A DNA stretch of 35,830 bases from assembly GCF_001194135.2 (NCBI RefSeq), contig NC_068986.1, positions 53,802,872 through 53,838,701 of the forward strand, read 5' to 3'. The notes beneath the pieces were generated by a model. The model searched no databases. It was not told the origin of the DNA and saw nothing but the letters and a program-made list of their open reading frames with translations. Both the position numbers and the translations under genes were made by a program. Positions 33,270 to 35,830 of the stretch are shown piece by piece; positions within the stretch are counted from its first letter, which is position 1, and each line of letters begins with the position of its first letter. This DNA is from Octopus bimaculoides (lineage: Eukaryota).

Positions 33270-33505
33270 GTATGTATATGTATATGTGTATATGTTTGTG
33301 TGTCTGTGTTTGTCCCCCCACCATCGCTTGACAACCGATGTTGGCGTGTCTACGTTCCCGTAACTTAGCGGTTCGGCAAAAGAGATAATAGAATAAGTAC
33401 TAGGCTTTACAAAGAATAAGTTCTGGGGGTCGATTTGTTCGACTAAAAGGTGGTGCTCCAGCATGGCCGCAGTCAAATGAGTGAAACAAATAAAAGAATA
33501 AAAGA
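33040..33505 (+). mobile_element. Composite SINE-A: head, internal (TA)n/(TATG)n, 3' module, A-rich tail
   Basis: Head 33040-33204 aligns to the other copies; the 3' module starts tgtgtctgtgtttgtc and ends aataaaagaataaaga. Confidence 0.8.
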
Positions 33506-34116
33506 ATATATCATGTCGTGTAATATTGTGGAATTCTGTGTTAGTATCGTTGTGAACATTGGTATATTGGAATCGAAATTCTTTAACTCCTTGACAAATA
33601 CACAACTAGTTAATTACACGTTGCTTTCATCTGATATAATGTTGTGAAATTCAGCACCTCATTGGATGTGAGTGTCTCTTGTTAATTTATAGGAAGCATC
33701 GCCGAAGACAATTTATTATAGATACTAATTTTAGAATTTGTGACTGACGTTAATATAATTTTCGGGTGCCATTACTAAATTCTACAGCAGTGTTTTCTCA
33801 ACGTGTGGATATACAAGGATATTCATGGTGCGGGTATACCAGTGATATTCAAGTATCGGCTTAACTGCTATTATCATGGTTTGATGGCTGGTAAGACAAG
33901 ACTTCGAAGTCGCTGTCAACCTACATCTCCCTTGTAAAGATTGATAAATATGTTCTCACATTAAGAACGTGAACGGACATGGCTTAGTGGTTAGAGCGTC
34001 GGGCTCACAATCATGAGGTAGGGTAGGCGTGAGAGGCAAGATCTGGCCAGTATGAACATAAAACATGTAGAATATTTGGGCCAGATATGGCCGGATTAAA
34101 TGCTGAAGGATTAATC

Positions 34117-34298
34117 TACACCTGTGCTCAACCGGTACTTATTCTATCGCCCTCTGTGCTCAACTGGTACTTATTTCATCAACCCCGAAAGAATGAACGG
34201 TAAAATCGACCTCGGCTGAATTCGAACTTAGAATATAAAGTAGAAGAAATGTTGCTGTCTTGTCCAGCGTGCTAACCGTTATGCCAGCTCGCTGCCTT
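34117..34298 (-). mobile_element. SINE-B copy with a short internal duplication (tgtgctcaa..ggtacttatt x2)
   Basis: Aligns to 29004-29194. Confidence 0.75.
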
Positions 34299-34897
34299 AT
34301 TGTAGTAATTATAGTGTGATGTCAATTGTGATTGACAGAACGGCAACTAATGGTTAAAGCGGAAATTAAATTGTCCCCCTTCTGTTAACTCTATAGTTAG
34401 ACGCCATTTTGATTTTAACTGACGCTTTTACACCTCTGAGTGATTTTATGCTTCAAGAAAAGAATTTCTTGCTTTTTTTTCTTCCTCCATTAAAATTCTC
34501 AACGTGGCATATCGTATTGGTCATTAACATTTTGTTTCTAAGTGTATTATATTTCTAGTCATCTGCGACATTCTTTGTAGTTAGAGAGATCTCCTATATT
34601 TCTAGTATTTCCGTATAGTTTTTGTATCTTTTCTTTTTATTATTTTGTAAATATTTTTCGCGAAGACAGAAGTGATTTACTTTATATTTAGTGTACCATC
34701 TGTTTTAGATAACATATTTTGTCCAGCTTTGCTCTCATTTTTTTTTATGACAGATTTAGTTCATCGTCCGGTTTAACACCACAAGATTCTTGCTTCTAAA
34801 TGCCTTCAGAGGTGCGATGTTCATTTTGTCGAAGGCATTCGCACTAAGTCTACAAGCCATAATGGAGCATATATAGAAATAACAACCAAATCTCACT

Positions 34898-35079
34898 TAA
34901 ATTTTCAAGGGAGAAGGGTAAGTTAGTCCCATCATCCCCATTATTTGATAGTTACTTCATTTTGATAACCCCCCAAAAAATGTTGATCTCCATTTGATTT
35001 GAACTCAAAAGTATGGAGCCGAAACGAATCCACAAAGTATTCCTTCCGGCGCTCTAACGATTCTCCCAGCTCGCTACCC
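34898..35079 (-). mobile_element. Diverged SINE-B copy
   Basis: gggtaagttag..tttgaactca..ctaacgattctcccagctcgc. Confidence 0.65.
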
Positions 35080-35425
35080 TTCAAATCTTCTCCAAATCAC
35101 ATCTTATCTTGTGGCAAAAATGCAAGGGCTCAAGGGTTCATTGTGCAATGTAAATTTCGATATACGAAAAAATGCGTGTATACATACCAAAAGGATTAGA
35201 GAAGATGGCGCTGTGATCGTGTGTAGAATGATTTTTGGTCATAAATCAACAGTAACAAGAACCTATAGGTCAAGGATTCTCTTTCCCTTTCCTCATACCT
35301 CTCTCGAGGCCCCTATAATGTGTTACAAGTACTACCCTTTCCATTTCATACTGAACACTAAACGAAAAACCAAATTGGCTGCGTCAGTTACTTTTGGAGC
35401 AAGCTTCTAATATTTACTTAACAAA

Positions 35426-35637
35426 GGCGATGAGCTGGCAGAAACGCTAGCAAGCCGGGCGAAGTGCTGAGCGGTATTTCGTCTGCTGCTACGTTCTGAG
35501 TTCAAATTCCGCCGAGGTCGACTTTGCCTTTCATCCTTTCGGGGTCGATTAAATAACTACCAGTTACGACTTAATCCGTTTGTCTGTTCTTGTTTGTCCC
35601 CTCTGTGTGTAGCCCCTTGTGGGCAGGAAAGAAATAA
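35426..35637 (+). mobile_element. SINE-B (tRNA-like head), well-preserved copy
   Basis: ggcgatgagctggcagaaacg...gagttcaaattcc (B box)...gactttgcctttcatcctttcggggtcg; related copies throughout the window. Confidence 0.85.
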
Positions 35638-35789
35638 GATAAATAAATAAAGGGGAAAATTTGGTCTGTATCTTTTGTTCTTTGTCCATGCCCTCCTCCT
35701 ACATCCAAATTAGCAAAGAGGAAGAAACAGGCCCATTACTTGTTAATAACTAGCAAAAAGATTTTAACGGACCGCTACAAATTCCCGCC

Positions 35790-35826
35790 TTTCGTTTCGT
35801 TTCGTTTCGTTTCGTTTCGTTTCGTT
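35790..35826. repeat. (TTTCG)7 pentanucleotide repeat
   Basis: Directly visible. Confidence 0.95.
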
Positions 35827-35830
35827 ACTG

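Noticed and set aside
3271-33605. Long ORFs rich in X, YI, HT or CV runs (e.g. 3271-4191, 17771-18645, 19293-20159, 26441-27143, 31521-32566)
   Set aside because: They are read-throughs of N gaps and dinucleotide repeats.
33976-34020. tRNA-like sequence
   Set aside because: Only the 5' half is present with no T arm or acceptor pairing; it is a SINE-C head.

Overview
AT-rich, microsatellite- and gap-rich eukaryotic DNA. I infer an octopus/coleoid cephalopod from recalled tRNA-derived CORE-type SINE families; no search was run. There is one clear host gene, a minus-strand C/EBP/PAR-like bZIP transcription factor: join(14233..14212, 13558..13428, 10832..9888), 365 aa, with canonical phase-compatible splice sites. 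Its first visible AUG (14390) opens a 57-aa acidic ORF that overlaps the in-frame AUG out of frame and stops at AUU-UAA-C, 5 nt before the donor. This could be an ATF4-type inhibitory uORF, a +1 shifty stop, or a 1-nt indel. A CpG-rich upstream region carries CRE, C/EBP-ATF and C/EBP-like sites. The protein contains a degenerate 10-aa tandem repeat. At 23.9-24.7 kb there are three minimal type I hammerhead-like motifs of the Penelope-associated kind; the best one lies in a 219-bp element whose perfect 45-bp inverted repeat ends almost at the predicted cleavage site. The rest is decayed RTE and CRE-like LINEs, several SINE families, piggyBac/mariner/hAT-type MITEs, long foldback repeats and microsatellites. 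CpG decay in paired repeat copies suggests two methylated domains. Most ORFs in the track are artefacts of N gaps and simple repeats.
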